Sequence record: PQ898602.1
DNA length: 64,000 nt
Reading direction: 5' to 3' (one strand)
Part shown: one piece after another, positions 16,415-26,694 of the stretch
Layout: each line of letters begins with the position of its first letter
How positions within the stretch are numbered: the first letter of the stretch is position 1
Program-made: the position numbers and the translations under genes
Notes under the pieces: generated by a model
Told to the model about the DNA's origin: nothing
Databases searched by the model: none
What the model saw: only the letters and a program-made list of their open reading frames with translations

Positions 16415-18531
16415 TGTCAGTATCAGTAGTTCCCACATATAAAAAACCAAAGATTTCCGCTGTATCATCTCCTATCGGGCAGATGACTGGTATCGTTGGC
16501 AATCTAAGACACGGAAAGACTCAACGTAACAGAGTAAAAAGAGACTTTGATGATATGTCCAAGTTCCTCAATAGAGGAGCTAATAATATTCGTCGTTTTA
16601 ACCTACCTAAAGGTCAAAAACTTAAAAGACTATCGGATATTAACATCAAAGGTGGTGGAGGTGGAATCCTTGGTGCTATTGGAAGTGCATTGACTGGAGG
16701 TATGGGATTACTTGGTTTAGGAAGTAATCTTCTTGGTATGGCTGATTTTGCTAATGATATTAGGGGTTTATTCAGAAGAGGTGGTAAGGTAGGTAGAGAT
16801 GGTAGAACTGCCCTTCAGAGAGCAAAAGACTTAAAAAAATTAAAACAGACTGGTCAAGCAGTTGATGCAACACAAGATGCAGTTAGAGGTGCAAGACAAG
16901 GCACCAAAGTTCTTGATAGTGTTGCAGATGCCTCCAAAGGTCTTAGAGGTGTCAGTAAAGCGAATGCTGCATTAAATATTGCATCTGCTGGTTTAGAATT
17001 TGGATTTAGAAAAGCAGAAGGTCAAACTAACACCCAAGCTGCCGTAGGTACCGCTGCGGATGCTGCAGGTGGTATGGCAGGTTTTGCTCTTGCAAGTAAA
17101 GCAACTGCTACTGCTCTTTCTCCACTACTTGTAACTCCTGTACCAGGTGCAAGAATTTTATATGGAATTGCGGTTCTTGGTTCTGGTATTATGGGTTCAA
17201 TGGCTGGATCCAAGTTAGCTGCTTCAGGTGCGGACAAACTCACTGGTGCCGATAAAGTCGGTGAGGATCTTGATAAATTTAATCAAGAACAAAAACAAAA
17301 GAAAGAAGAACAAGAAGCAAAGAAACAGGAATTAAATAGTGCTGTAGGCAAAAAGACCTTCAAAGATTTATTAGAAAAGTTTGAACAGGTCGTCATACAA
17401 TTTGAAGGTGCAGTAAGAGGTAATAAACTTGGTTCACGTTCTGGATCACCCAATCCTGCAGCTGGAACACCTGGTGCAGGAAATATGTCAGGTCCAGTTT
17501 TAACCACTACTGGTGGTGCTGTAACTAGTTTAGGTGATGCTGCAGCATCTCTAAAAGGTATGTCTAGTGCTACTGGACCTGATGGTGGTGAAAATGGTTG
17601 TGTATGGGCAGTTAATAAAGTATTCGCCAAAGCAGGTATTGAACCACCTTGGGGATCTTCTTTATATGTTCCTACCGCAGAACAAATGATGATTGAAGCA
17701 GGTTATCCTCAAGTAGATTATGGAAGTAGACAACCTGGTGATATTATGGTCATGTATGATCGTCAATCTCCACCACAAGCACACATTGGTGTTGTTCTTC
17801 CTGATGGTAATGTTATCTCAAACTCTTCAGGTAAAGCTGCATTTACTTGGATCGATACTCCAGAGGGATATAATGCATACTATGGAAGTGCTGGTAAAAT
17901 TTACAGACCAAATGTCAATGTAAAAGCACAAGAAGGTGAAGGCAAAGAACCTCCAGAACAGGTTCAAGGTTTCAGAGATATGTCTAGAACCGCTGAAGGT
18001 TTAGATCGTAATACAGTTATCGATGAAGAAACGGGATTCACCGCAGGTGATAAAGAAGATATACAAGTAAGACAAAAGAGAGTTGAAGCAATGAGAAAAG
18101 CTCTCGGTAGAGATTGGTTTGCTTCTACTATTGATAAGGCAACTGGTACTGCAAGTGTAGAAGGATATTCTAAAATGCTGAGAGATCAGGGTAAAGGAGA
18201 TGAAGTGGATAGAATTATGAATGAAATTCAAGCAGGTTTTGAAGTAGAACCCCAACCTGCAGCCACACCCACAGTAACTCCACAGGTAACCCCAAGTCCT
18301 GCGCCACAACAAACAATGAGTCGGGTATCTACTCAGATATCTGATTATCAATCTTATGAACAAGGTGGAGGAGATAATGTCGTTGTAATGCCTATCGGAG
18401 GTCAATCTCAACAACCACAGATGATGACTGGACCAGGAGGTCAAGAGATGATGATTGTACCTATGCCTGTACCTGCTAGTGTAAATAGAATACAGAAAGA
18501 ACTCTTAACAACTAAACTCGCAAGTTGCTAA
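16414..18531 (+). CDS. Tape-measure-like protein with an NlpC/P60- or CHAP-like domain
   Basis: Gly/Ala-rich helices; NGCVWAVNKV...PGDIMV...HIGVV (Cys-His pair). Confidence 0.6.
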   Translation: MSVSVVPTYKKPKISAVSSPIGQMTGIVGNLRHGKTQRNRVKRDFDDMSKFLNRGANNIRRFNLPKGQKLKRLSDINIKGGGGGILGAIGSALTGGMGLLGLGSNLLGMADFANDIRGLFRRGGKVGRDGRTALQRAKDLKKLKQTGQAVDATQDAVRGARQGTKVLDSVADASKGLRGVSKANAALNIASAGLEFGFRKAEGQTNTQAAVGTAADAAGGMAGFALASKATATALSPLLVTPVPGARILYGIAVLGSGIMGSMAGSKLAASGADKLTGADKVGEDLDKFNQEQKQKKEEQEAKKQELNSAVGKKTFKDLLEKFEQVVIQFEGAVRGNKLGSRSGSPNPAAGTPGAGNMSGPVLTTTGGAVTSLGDAAASLKGMSSATGPDGGENGCVWAVNKVFAKAGIEPPWGSSLYVPTAEQMMIEAGYPQVDYGSRQPGDIMVMYDRQSPPQAHIGVVLPDGNVISNSSGKAAFTWIDTPEGYNAYYGSAGKIYRPNVNVKAQEGEGKEPPEQVQGFRDMSRTAEGLDRNTVIDEETGFTAGDKEDIQVRQKRVEAMRKALGRDWFASTIDKATGTASVEGYSKMLRDQGKGDEVDRIMNEIQAGFEVEPQPAATPTVTPQVTPSPAPQQTMSRVSTQISDYQSYEQGGGDNVVVMPIGGQSQQPQMMTGPGGQEMMIVPMPVPASVNRIQKELLTTKLASC

Positions 18532-18532
18532 T

Positions 18533-19810
18533 ATGGCATCAGTAATCGAAGCTCTAAATTATAATGCAGTTATCATCAGTACTCTTGATGGTAGCAATCA
18601 GATTGATTTAACAAACGCAATTACTCAATCGGATTACTATGAGGATTTATTTTCTCCTAGTGTAATGATGACTATTGATATTGTTGCTGGTTATCCTGTT
18701 CTTGAAAAATTACCCATTGTTGGTGGAGAAGCTGTATTATTTGATGTAGAGACTGCAAGTGGTCAATTCATCAGAGATAAAGAATTTGCAATGTATGTAC
18801 ATAAGATTAGTAATATCAATACAAGTGCATCTCAAGAAAGTTTTAGATTGCACTTGTGTTCTATGGAGTATCTAACCAATGAAACTTCAAGGGTGCAGAG
18901 AAAGTTTGAAAAGATGACGATTGAAAATCACATCATCAAAATTATTAGAGAGTATCTACATCAAAACAAACAAAATCCTAAAGTCACTGGTGGTGTCTTT
19001 GATAAGACTGCCAATAGTTACTCGTTCATTGGAACGATGAAGAAACCTTTTAATGTATTAACCTGGTTGTCACCTAAAGGTATTCCATCAGACTCAAAGT
19101 CTGGTACTGATGGAACAAAAGCAAAAGGAACATCTGGATTTTTATTCTTTGAAAACTACAAAGGATATAACTTCAGGAGTATCAATAATTTAGTCAAACA
19201 AGAACCAACGTTCACATACGCAACAAACGATGCGATTCAATCTAATAATCCAAATAATGCGTTTGTGATTATGGATCACATTTTTGAGAGAGTGAATGAT
19301 CTAAAAGAAAGTCTGACACTGGGTACATATTCTAATGTAACTTATTTTTATGATGTTTATCAAAATAGAGTAGATGGTATCGTCTATAATATCAGTGATG
19401 AAGTAAACTCTAAGTCTTTATTGGGTTCTGAAGGAGTTGCAAAATCTGAACTATTTGGTAGTAGAGTGTCTAGGATTTTGGTAAGAACTGCTGATGTGGG
19501 GATTCTAGATACAGAGGGAGAAAAAGAAGATGCCGGCAGAGATGTTGCTGATATGGCGAAGTCATTTTCTAGATATAATCTCCTCTTCACTCAGTCGCTA
19601 AATATTATGGTACCAATGAATGTCAACTTAAAGTCGGGTGATGTCATAAAAGTTGTTTTACAAGGTGCTACGTCAGGGAAAGAATCACCCGAAGCTGATG
19701 AAAAGAAAAGTGGTAATTACCTCATAAAAGAGTTGCGTCACCACTTTGAAGCGAATAAAATGGTAACGTCTCTAAAATTAGTACGAGACTCTTACGGAAT
19801 CACGAAGTAA
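18533..19810 (+). CDS. Putative baseplate hub protein (gp27-like position)
   Basis: 425 aa upstream of gp5; GFLFFENYKGYNFRS and SGNYLIKELRHHF hub-like patterns. Confidence 0.5.
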   Translation: MASVIEALNYNAVIISTLDGSNQIDLTNAITQSDYYEDLFSPSVMMTIDIVAGYPVLEKLPIVGGEAVLFDVETASGQFIRDKEFAMYVHKISNINTSASQESFRLHLCSMEYLTNETSRVQRKFEKMTIENHIIKIIREYLHQNKQNPKVTGGVFDKTANSYSFIGTMKKPFNVLTWLSPKGIPSDSKSGTDGTKAKGTSGFLFFENYKGYNFRSINNLVKQEPTFTYATNDAIQSNNPNNAFVIMDHIFERVNDLKESLTLGTYSNVTYFYDVYQNRVDGIVYNISDEVNSKSLLGSEGVAKSELFGSRVSRILVRTADVGILDTEGEKEDAGRDVADMAKSFSRYNLLFTQSLNIMVPMNVNLKSGDVIKVVLQGATSGKESPEADEKKSGNYLIKELRHHFEANKMVTSLKLVRDSYGITK

Positions 19811-19814
19811 TCCC

Positions 19815-20042
19815 ATGGAAAACATCGAAGCTCATATCCAGAAGGATAAAGAAATTCTTCAGGATCCTACGACATCGCCACAACAACGCCGTCACATTGA
19901 AGAAGAGTTGCATGAACTAGAGGTTTATGCAGAGAACCACAAAGAAGAGATTGCCGCTGGTGATCATCATGATCCCACTGCACTTGAACTTTACTGCGAA
20001 ATGGAACCAGGCGCACCCGAGTGTAAAACCCACGATAACTGA
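19815..20042 (+). CDS. cp12: CP12 Calvin-cycle inhibitor (cyanophage type)
   Basis: RRHIEEELHELE...DPTALELYCEMEPGAPEC C-terminal CP12 Cys pair. Confidence 0.9.
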   Translation: MENIEAHIQKDKEILQDPTTSPQQRRHIEEELHELEVYAENHKEEIAAGDHHDPTALELYCEMEPGAPECKTHDN

Positions 20043-20046
20043 TTAA

Positions 20047-22470
20047 ATGATTGACGAGGCCCTCCTTAAATCTAATTTTGCTGGTAAAGACGGCTTTACC
20101 TGGTGGATCGGTCAAGTTGCCGATCCAGAGGTTTGGCTGAATCAAAAAGTAAATGCCATCGATAAAGAACTCAAGGCTGAGTCTTGGGGTTATAGATGTA
20201 AGGTTAGAATCATTGGTTTTCATACCTTTGATAGAAGTCAATTAGCGGACAATGATCTGCCTTGGGCACATGTTCTATCCAGTGCTGCTGATGGAGCTGT
20301 TGGTCAAGGTGGTTTTGGTAAAACTGCTGGTATTATTGGAGGAGAGACTGTTGTCGGATTCTTCCTTGATGGAGAGGAAGCTCAACAACCTGTAGTATTT
20401 GGTTGTATCAATAGATCTCCTGCAGTAATAAATGTGCAGGATCCAGATCCCTTTGAACCTTTTACAGGATTCAAAGGTAAATTTGTATCTGAGAATCTGG
20501 CAACTAGAGTGCCAGGACAGAAGGGTGTAATTGCACCGAAAGAGAAAACACTAGGTAGTGGTTCTCAATTTAAGGTTAAAGGTGATAATACTGCTTATGA
20601 GAATCTCGGTAGTACAACTACTGCTCAACAACAAGACCCAGGAATTACTGGAGAAACTAAGACAGAAAGTAAACCAGATGCTGGTGCTAAGTACGAGTCA
20701 CCCAAACTAATCATCAATTTTGACTCCCTAATTGATTTGGATCAAGCAGAACTAGGGTTCCTTAGAACTGCATCAGCACCTTTCCCAGAAACTGGTGCTA
20801 ATGGTTGTCAAGACAATATTCTTGCAAATATTCATGCAGCTATTAATAGTTTCATGAAGTTTGTTAATTCGTTGGAGTCAACTGCTTTAGGATTTATTGA
20901 TCCTGTTAGAAATCTAGTTGTTGACATGGGGGCAACAGTTAGTAGGATCGCAAGAAAGGTTGCGGGCATGATGAAGATGATCATGAACGCAATGCGTGAT
21001 GATATGTTCAAGTTGATTGGTAAATTATTTAAAGTTCTTGGTATTGCAATCCCATCTCCTATTTCACTTCCCATCAGTGAAGCAACCAAAGTCATTCTGG
21101 ATATTATTTTCTGTATCTTTGAAAAACTATTCGGACCTATTACTGACTTTATTTCTTCATTAATTGATGGAATGTTGGGTAAACTAAACCACTTCCCCAC
21201 CTGTGCAGCACAAGAATTCGTCGCATCACTTCTTTCTAAGTTGGAAGAAATGCTGAATAGTGCTCTTGCTCCAGTATTGAGTGGTCTTGATTGGTTGGCT
21301 GGTGGTATCGGTCAAATTTCAGGAATGATTAGTGGTGCAGTTGCTCAACTACAACAACTACTATCTTTCCTTGATTGCGATTCTTTGAAGTGTGAAGGAT
21401 CCATTGACTTTGATCCCTTCGGTGGTATCAAACTACCAAGTCCAGACAACTGGCAACAAACTCTTCAGAATCTAGACATCCTTAATGACCTTAAGACTGC
21501 GGAATCAGGTATCGATGAAGCTGTAGGATACATGTCGATATTTGGTTCTTCAGATTCTCCCTTTGGACCATGTAGAGAAGAAATTATAAACCCAACTGAC
21601 CAAAACTCAGTAGCAAGTCTACCTATTGGTCTAAAGTATGATACTTGTTTGCCTCCTACAGCTGTCGTTGTTGGAGATGGAAAGGGTGCAATAATGAAAC
21701 CTGTTGTTGCAAATGATGGAACAATTCTAACAGTTGCTGTACAAAACCCAGGGAAAGGATTTACAAAAGCACCAAACGTTTATGTTGTAGATAATACTGG
21801 TTGCGGTAAAGGAGCAATCGTCAAAACAACCATTACACCGCCAGGACCTGGAGGTAGTGGAGGATCTATCGATGGTGTCATTGTTGTAGATCCTGGTGAA
21901 GGATATATCCCAGGGGAACTAGAAGATATTGTAGACGGCACAATTCCTTGTAGTGATGATTCTAATTGCCCAGAAGGATATAAGTGTGTAGATGGTAAAT
22001 GCGTTCTGGTTTGCACTGAAGAAGGAGACTGCCCAGAGGGTTATGCATGTGTAGATGGTGAGTGCGTTAAAATCTGTGATGAAGATGGTGATTGCCCATT
22101 AGGATTTACCTGTATAAATGGATATTGTGTCCCAATCTCTGGTATCTCAAGTGATCCAGTAGGTATCATCACTTCTATTATTATTGATGGACCTGGAATC
22201 GGATACACATCTGGTGATGACGTTTCATTCGGTGGTTGTGTTTATAAACCAATTCTTACTGATAATGGAAGTATTGTTGGATTTGAATCGGATGATACTT
22301 GCAAGGATCAGTTTGGTTTCTATCCTGGAGCAGCTATAAATACTAAAACAGGGTATGGAGCTAAACTCTTCCCTGTTATGAAGTTTGTCCCACAATATCT
22401 AACTGTAGACAACGCAGTTGCTTCGGTCGGTATTGGTACAACACTAATCAATGTAATCGATTGCGTATAA
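20047..22470 (+). CDS. gp5: Baseplate hub protein gp5 (N-terminal OB-fold) with extended C-terminus
   Basis: FTWWIGQV...RCKVRIIGFH...LPWA...GETVVGFFLDGEEAQQPVVFG. Confidence 0.85.
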   Translation: MIDEALLKSNFAGKDGFTWWIGQVADPEVWLNQKVNAIDKELKAESWGYRCKVRIIGFHTFDRSQLADNDLPWAHVLSSAADGAVGQGGFGKTAGIIGGETVVGFFLDGEEAQQPVVFGCINRSPAVINVQDPDPFEPFTGFKGKFVSENLATRVPGQKGVIAPKEKTLGSGSQFKVKGDNTAYENLGSTTTAQQQDPGITGETKTESKPDAGAKYESPKLIINFDSLIDLDQAELGFLRTASAPFPETGANGCQDNILANIHAAINSFMKFVNSLESTALGFIDPVRNLVVDMGATVSRIARKVAGMMKMIMNAMRDDMFKLIGKLFKVLGIAIPSPISLPISEATKVILDIIFCIFEKLFGPITDFISSLIDGMLGKLNHFPTCAAQEFVASLLSKLEEMLNSALAPVLSGLDWLAGGIGQISGMISGAVAQLQQLLSFLDCDSLKCEGSIDFDPFGGIKLPSPDNWQQTLQNLDILNDLKTAESGIDEAVGYMSIFGSSDSPFGPCREEIINPTDQNSVASLPIGLKYDTCLPPTAVVVGDGKGAIMKPVVANDGTILTVAVQNPGKGFTKAPNVYVVDNTGCGKGAIVKTTITPPGPGGSGGSIDGVIVVDPGEGYIPGELEDIVDGTIPCSDDSNCPEGYKCVDGKCVLVCTEEGDCPEGYACVDGECVKICDEDGDCPLGFTCINGYCVPISGISSDPVGIITSIIIDGPGIGYTSGDDVSFGGCVYKPILTDNGSIVGFESDDTCKDQFGFYPGAAINTKTGYGAKLFPVMKFVPQYLTVDNAVASVGIGTTLINVIDCV
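22335..22342 (+). promoter_or_regulatory. Possible T4-type late promoter inside gp5
   Basis: Exact TATAAATA about 130 nt upstream of ORF 22474. Confidence 0.4.
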
Positions 22471-22473
22471 CCA

Positions 22474-23043
22474 ATGTCAGAAAAACAGGACAAGGATCTA
22501 TTTCCAAAACAATACCTTGAAAAACATCCTGGATTTGTAATTAAGTCTGGGATAAGAGATGCTGCTGGTAAGAATATTGACTACGCAGTTTTTACTGATA
22601 ACTCTCAAGGATTTGAATATACTCAAGAGGGAAACAAATTTGATGTAACAAATAAGTGTTCTTCTGAAGTATGTGGAGAATTTGTTGGAAAGGATGAGGT
22701 TGCAAAGAGCATCTATGCAATGGGTGGTAATATTGTCATCGACGCTAGAGATGGTGATATTATTCTCAAGGGTCTAAACATTAGAATCGAAGCTCAAGAT
22801 GGTTCTGGAGAAGTTACTATCACTGCTCCTAAACAGATCCAAGAGAGAGCTCCCGTTGTCAACATCAAGGGATCAAAAGTAAATATGGTGGGAACAAATA
22901 GTGCTATTGTTGCTGCACAGACCACCGATATCCGAGGTAACATTGCTGAAAACTCAAGTAGTGGTACTGAAGATCAACAGGGTGGAATTATGAGTAAAAT
23001 CTTTGCATTTATTACAGGCGGATTATCGGGGCTTTTTGAATAA
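22474..23043 (+). CDS. gp5 C-terminal-like beta-helix spike protein
   Basis: Repetitive beta-strand pattern (IVIDARDGDIILKGLNIRIEA) directly after gp5. Confidence 0.5.
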   Translation: MSEKQDKDLFPKQYLEKHPGFVIKSGIRDAAGKNIDYAVFTDNSQGFEYTQEGNKFDVTNKCSSEVCGEFVGKDEVAKSIYAMGGNIVIDARDGDIILKGLNIRIEAQDGSGEVTITAPKQIQERAPVVNIKGSKVNMVGTNSAIVAAQTTDIRGNIAENSSSGTEDQQGGIMSKIFAFITGGLSGLFE

Positions 23044-23903
23044 TGGGCGCAAAACCAGTAACTAATACTGAAAAACTTATATTAGGACCAGTAGATTACT
23101 CCTTTTTACCTGCGACTCCTGCTGTTCCTGGAACAGGTGTAATCAATGGACCTTTGTGGATTGGTGCTGCTGGTCCACCGATTCCTCTTGCTAACTGCAT
23201 GATTGGACCTGGAATCGCTAACCCGATTTCACTACAAATTATTGGAATTGCAAATCATTACGGAATCTATAATAGATTTGCGATCTCCAATGTAACTGGA
23301 CTAACTGCCAAAATTGGCATGACTCTTAGAGCTGCTCTAAGTGCTACAACTGGAATCAATATTAAATCCGCACTTAATGCTGGTGCTTCAGTTAATGTTT
23401 TCAAGACAATCATTTGTGATACTGTATGTACCTCTGCAACTTTTGTCGGTAATATCACCACTACAGTTGGAATCAATCCAACGACTGCGGCTGCGATTGC
23501 ATCCAAAAAGTCTTTTGATATTCCACACCCAACAAAAGAAAATCATAGACTCAGACATATTTGTTTGGAAGGTCCGAGTGCAGAAGTTTATGTTCGTGGT
23601 AAATCCAAGTCTAATGTAATTGCTTTACCAGAATACTGGAGAGGTCTTGTAGATCCAGAATCTATTACAGTTTCTTTAACCTCAGTAGGTCAGAATCAAA
23701 ATTTATATGTAAAAAATATTGACGATAATCTCATCTATATTGGTGGTGGAATCACAATTCAAGGTCAAAAACATTTTGATTTCCATTACACTATCTTCGC
23801 AGAAAGAAGAGATGTTGAAAAGAACATTCCAGAGTATAAGGGCTTGACACCTGCTGATTACCCAGGAGATAATAAAGGATATACCATTAACGATAATAAG
23901 TGA
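23043..23903 (+). CDS. Putative virion structural protein
   Basis: Gly/Ala/Thr beta-rich N-terminus; C-terminal KSFDIPHP...HICLEGP...VYVRG domain. Confidence 0.6.
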   Translation: MGAKPVTNTEKLILGPVDYSFLPATPAVPGTGVINGPLWIGAAGPPIPLANCMIGPGIANPISLQIIGIANHYGIYNRFAISNVTGLTAKIGMTLRAALSATTGINIKSALNAGASVNVFKTIICDTVCTSATFVGNITTTVGINPTTAAAIASKKSFDIPHPTKENHRLRHICLEGPSAEVYVRGKSKSNVIALPEYWRGLVDPESITVSLTSVGQNQNLYVKNIDDNLIYIGGGITIQGQKHFDFHYTIFAERRDVEKNIPEYKGLTPADYPGDNKGYTINDNK

Positions 23904-24574
23904 ATAAAGTACATGAAGTATTTCCCTTGATTGTATATCAGGGATCTATAGAATGCCATTCGTATATGAAGAAACACCTCGGTGTTCTTCGTGATTACTG
24001 GTTTAATGGTTATGAAAATGAAAGTCCAGAATATTCTGGGAAGATCTTTGCTCATCAAAAAGAGTATTGCAAACCCTTTTTTCATGATTTGAAAGTTAAT
24101 ATCGACAACTACATGCAACACTTAAATGTGAATCATGAGTTGTTTGATTACCATGTCACTAAATCTTGGGTTGGGTATCATAAGGATAATGAAACTCCTT
24201 CAATCCCAGCACACTTTCACAACGAATCTAATCTTAGTTTTGTGTATTATGTACACACTAATGAGTCTTCAGATAAGTTCTGTGTAAGTCAACCAAGGAA
24301 CAGAAATGAATTTGCTGGTGGATTATTTGAGACTGCACATGAGAAAAATACGTTACTCGGTTACAATCGTTATAATTGTAATTTCTATAATATTACACCT
24401 ATCGAAGGGTCAATCATAATCTTTCCAAGTAGTTTAACTCATGGAACTCAAAAGATTATGGACAGAACTGATGAAAGACTTGTAATTGCTGGTGATGTTC
24501 GTGTGACTCTCAAACCAGAGCATTATAAACACCATCAAGGATCAACACATCCTTCTCAATGGTTATCTCTATGA
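23900..24574 (+). CDS. 2OG-Fe(II) oxygenase-like protein (TIGR02466-type)
   Basis: KSWV...PAHFHNESNLSFVYY...EGSIIIFPSSLTHGT...RLVIAGD. Confidence 0.75.
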   Translation: MNKVHEVFPLIVYQGSIECHSYMKKHLGVLRDYWFNGYENESPEYSGKIFAHQKEYCKPFFHDLKVNIDNYMQHLNVNHELFDYHVTKSWVGYHKDNETPSIPAHFHNESNLSFVYYVHTNESSDKFCVSQPRNRNEFAGGLFETAHEKNTLLGYNRYNCNFYNITPIEGSIIIFPSSLTHGTQKIMDRTDERLVIAGDVRVTLKPEHYKHHQGSTHPSQWLSL

Positions 24575-24897
24575 CATGCTATAAATTCGTGACTGATGAT
24601 CGTAAACCAGTGATGGTTATGCACCAGGATATATGTTATCCACCTGCTAATCCAGATTTGGTAGATCAAGTTGATACTTCTTATCCTGGTATTCTTATCA
24701 AATATGAGAATGGATATTTGTTAGAGGATGGAGTTCATAGAGTTGCAAAGTTACAAAAACAAGGAATCTTTGAATCGTTGTTCTACATCGTATCCCTAGA
24801 GGAATACAGGCAAGGTGTTGTTCATATGATGTTTCAAGGAGAACCAATTCAATTAGGGGAAAGTCCTTGGAATAACGTGTCCCCAATGTCTCACTAA
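24571..24897 (+). CDS. Hypothetical protein with a ParB/Srx-like motif
   Basis: YLLEDGVHRVAK resembles the ParB N-terminal DGxHR motif. Confidence 0.45.
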   Translation: MTCYKFVTDDRKPVMVMHQDICYPPANPDLVDQVDTSYPGILIKYENGYLLEDGVHRVAKLQKQGIFESLFYIVSLEEYRQGVVHMMFQGEPIQLGESPWNNVSPMSH

Positions 24898-24922
24898 ATA
24901 TTCTTACACCCACTCGTAAATT

Positions 24923-26638
24923 ATGGCTACAGGAATCGGAACTACTGCACAAGTGCAATCATCGACAACTGATTCTCAGGTGTTAATTCAGAGTGCCTTG
25001 GGTTTGAGCACGTCTACTTCTGGGAAGAAAAAACAACGTATTATTGACTCTTTAGCTGCTGATCAAAAATCTAAAGAGATACAACTGGAACAAATTAAAG
25101 ATCTTGTTCTTCTCTTAGATGTAGATTTAGATATCTATGATGAGTTGATTGTTAATATCGATAAACAGATCCCATCATTGATAAAAGAGATCAATGATGC
25201 AACTGATGAAGTAGATGCTGCATATGAAGCAAGAATTGCTCAAGATGTAAGATCTGAACTTAAATGGGTAGTTACAGGTGTATCGAAAAACTTTACTAAA
25301 GGTGGTGCGAACAATACCACTACCACCTCATGGCAAGTAGTCAAGAATAATACTCAACAAACAATCAATAAGTATGCTGTAAAGTATTATAAAACTCCAA
25401 AAGATAGAGATTATGGAGGATCTGCAGTCAGAGATATTGATGACGCAAAGATTGGATTTGAAAGTACCATCTTACAAAGTAATAGATCTGAAAAAGATGG
25501 AAATGGAGTTTTTCTAGACCACCTTGATATTCAAATCGGAGATACAATTACAGATGCTATTGAGAGTCCTAAGATCTTCGTTGTAGGTGCTCTACCTGAA
25601 GTAGTTGGATTTGGTACTACTAGTGTTCTTGGAATTAAAACTACTTTCAGTGGAAACATTGCATTTGGTTCTACTGTTATTGCTTACGCAGGTATCAACA
25701 CTACTGAAGGTATTGCTGTAGGAGATCCTATCACTCTTACTAATGTTACCCAAGATGATACCGTAGTTGTAGGCATTGGTACTACAACTACTAATCTTGT
25801 TGGTGTGAATACTTTGGGTGTAACTACAAGTACTGAGGTGGATACTACCGCAGTAATTATCAGTAAAACTGCAGTTGGTGCAACTGATAATGCTATCTTT
25901 AATGTTGGCATCTTTACTGATTTCCCAACATTTACTTTATCAGAACAAGCTGCTAGTGGTACAGACTCCGATAATTTCCATGTATTGAGATTCACCAATG
26001 ATGCGGAGATTGGACCAGACTTTGATGTAACAAGAGGTGGAGAAAATCCAGTAGAAGTTGGAATTATCGAGGATGCTAATAAGACAGGATATGGTCGTTC
26101 GATCTACCTTGTAAATAATGGAGACCCAACAGGTACAAAATCCTTCACTGAATTTGTAGATCCAGAACCTAAAGTTGGTGGTGGATTTGTGTCATATTAT
26201 GTGGGTAATTTTGAGTGGCCCATTAAAGCTATCCCCCAAGGTATAAATCAAAATACTGGTCAACCATCCTATTGGATCTATGAATATCAAGATTTAGGAT
26301 CAACTATGGTTGTTGTAACTGGTGCTGGTGCTACTGCACCATCTGCTGGTGCAGGAACTACAGATAGTGGTGAATTACAGCCCTCCCAAGCTGTAAAAGA
26401 TGCTGCAGATGCACTCATTGCAGAAAAAGAAGCAGCTCTTGCCTCTATCAAAGCAAAAAATCTTCCCATCATTCAAGATCTGGTCGCTAAGTCAAAAGCT
26501 CTGAGACGTGTCAGAGACGATAAACAATCCCAAGCATGGAACTATCGTAGAGGTCAGGGAGATCTCTCTAACAAGATCAGACAACTAAAAACAGACCAGA
26601 AAGACTTGAATAAGACGGATCTGGATGAATTTGAGTAA
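24923..26638 (+). CDS. Putative virion structural (tail or baseplate) protein
   Basis: Coiled-coil termini around a VGIGT/GFGTT beta-repeat core; CTAAATA late-like motif just upstream. Confidence 0.6.
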   Translation: MATGIGTTAQVQSSTTDSQVLIQSALGLSTSTSGKKKQRIIDSLAADQKSKEIQLEQIKDLVLLLDVDLDIYDELIVNIDKQIPSLIKEINDATDEVDAAYEARIAQDVRSELKWVVTGVSKNFTKGGANNTTTTSWQVVKNNTQQTINKYAVKYYKTPKDRDYGGSAVRDIDDAKIGFESTILQSNRSEKDGNGVFLDHLDIQIGDTITDAIESPKIFVVGALPEVVGFGTTSVLGIKTTFSGNIAFGSTVIAYAGINTTEGIAVGDPITLTNVTQDDTVVVGIGTTTTNLVGVNTLGVTTSTEVDTTAVIISKTAVGATDNAIFNVGIFTDFPTFTLSEQAASGTDSDNFHVLRFTNDAEIGPDFDVTRGGENPVEVGIIEDANKTGYGRSIYLVNNGDPTGTKSFTEFVDPEPKVGGGFVSYYVGNFEWPIKAIPQGINQNTGQPSYWIYEYQDLGSTMVVVTGAGATAPSAGAGTTDSGELQPSQAVKDAADALIAEKEAALASIKAKNLPIIQDLVAKSKALRRVRDDKQSQAWNYRRGQGDLSNKIRQLKTDQKDLNKTDLDEFE

Positions 26639-26643
26639 CCCCC

Positions 26644-26672
26644 TTGACAGGGGTAGTGGACTCGTGTAGTAT
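26644..26672 (+). promoter_or_regulatory. Sigma70-type promoter
   Basis: TTGACA (26644-26649), 17 nt, TAGTAT (26667-26672). Confidence 0.7.
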
Positions 26673-26694
26673 AAGTCTGAACTGCCACTGGTCC

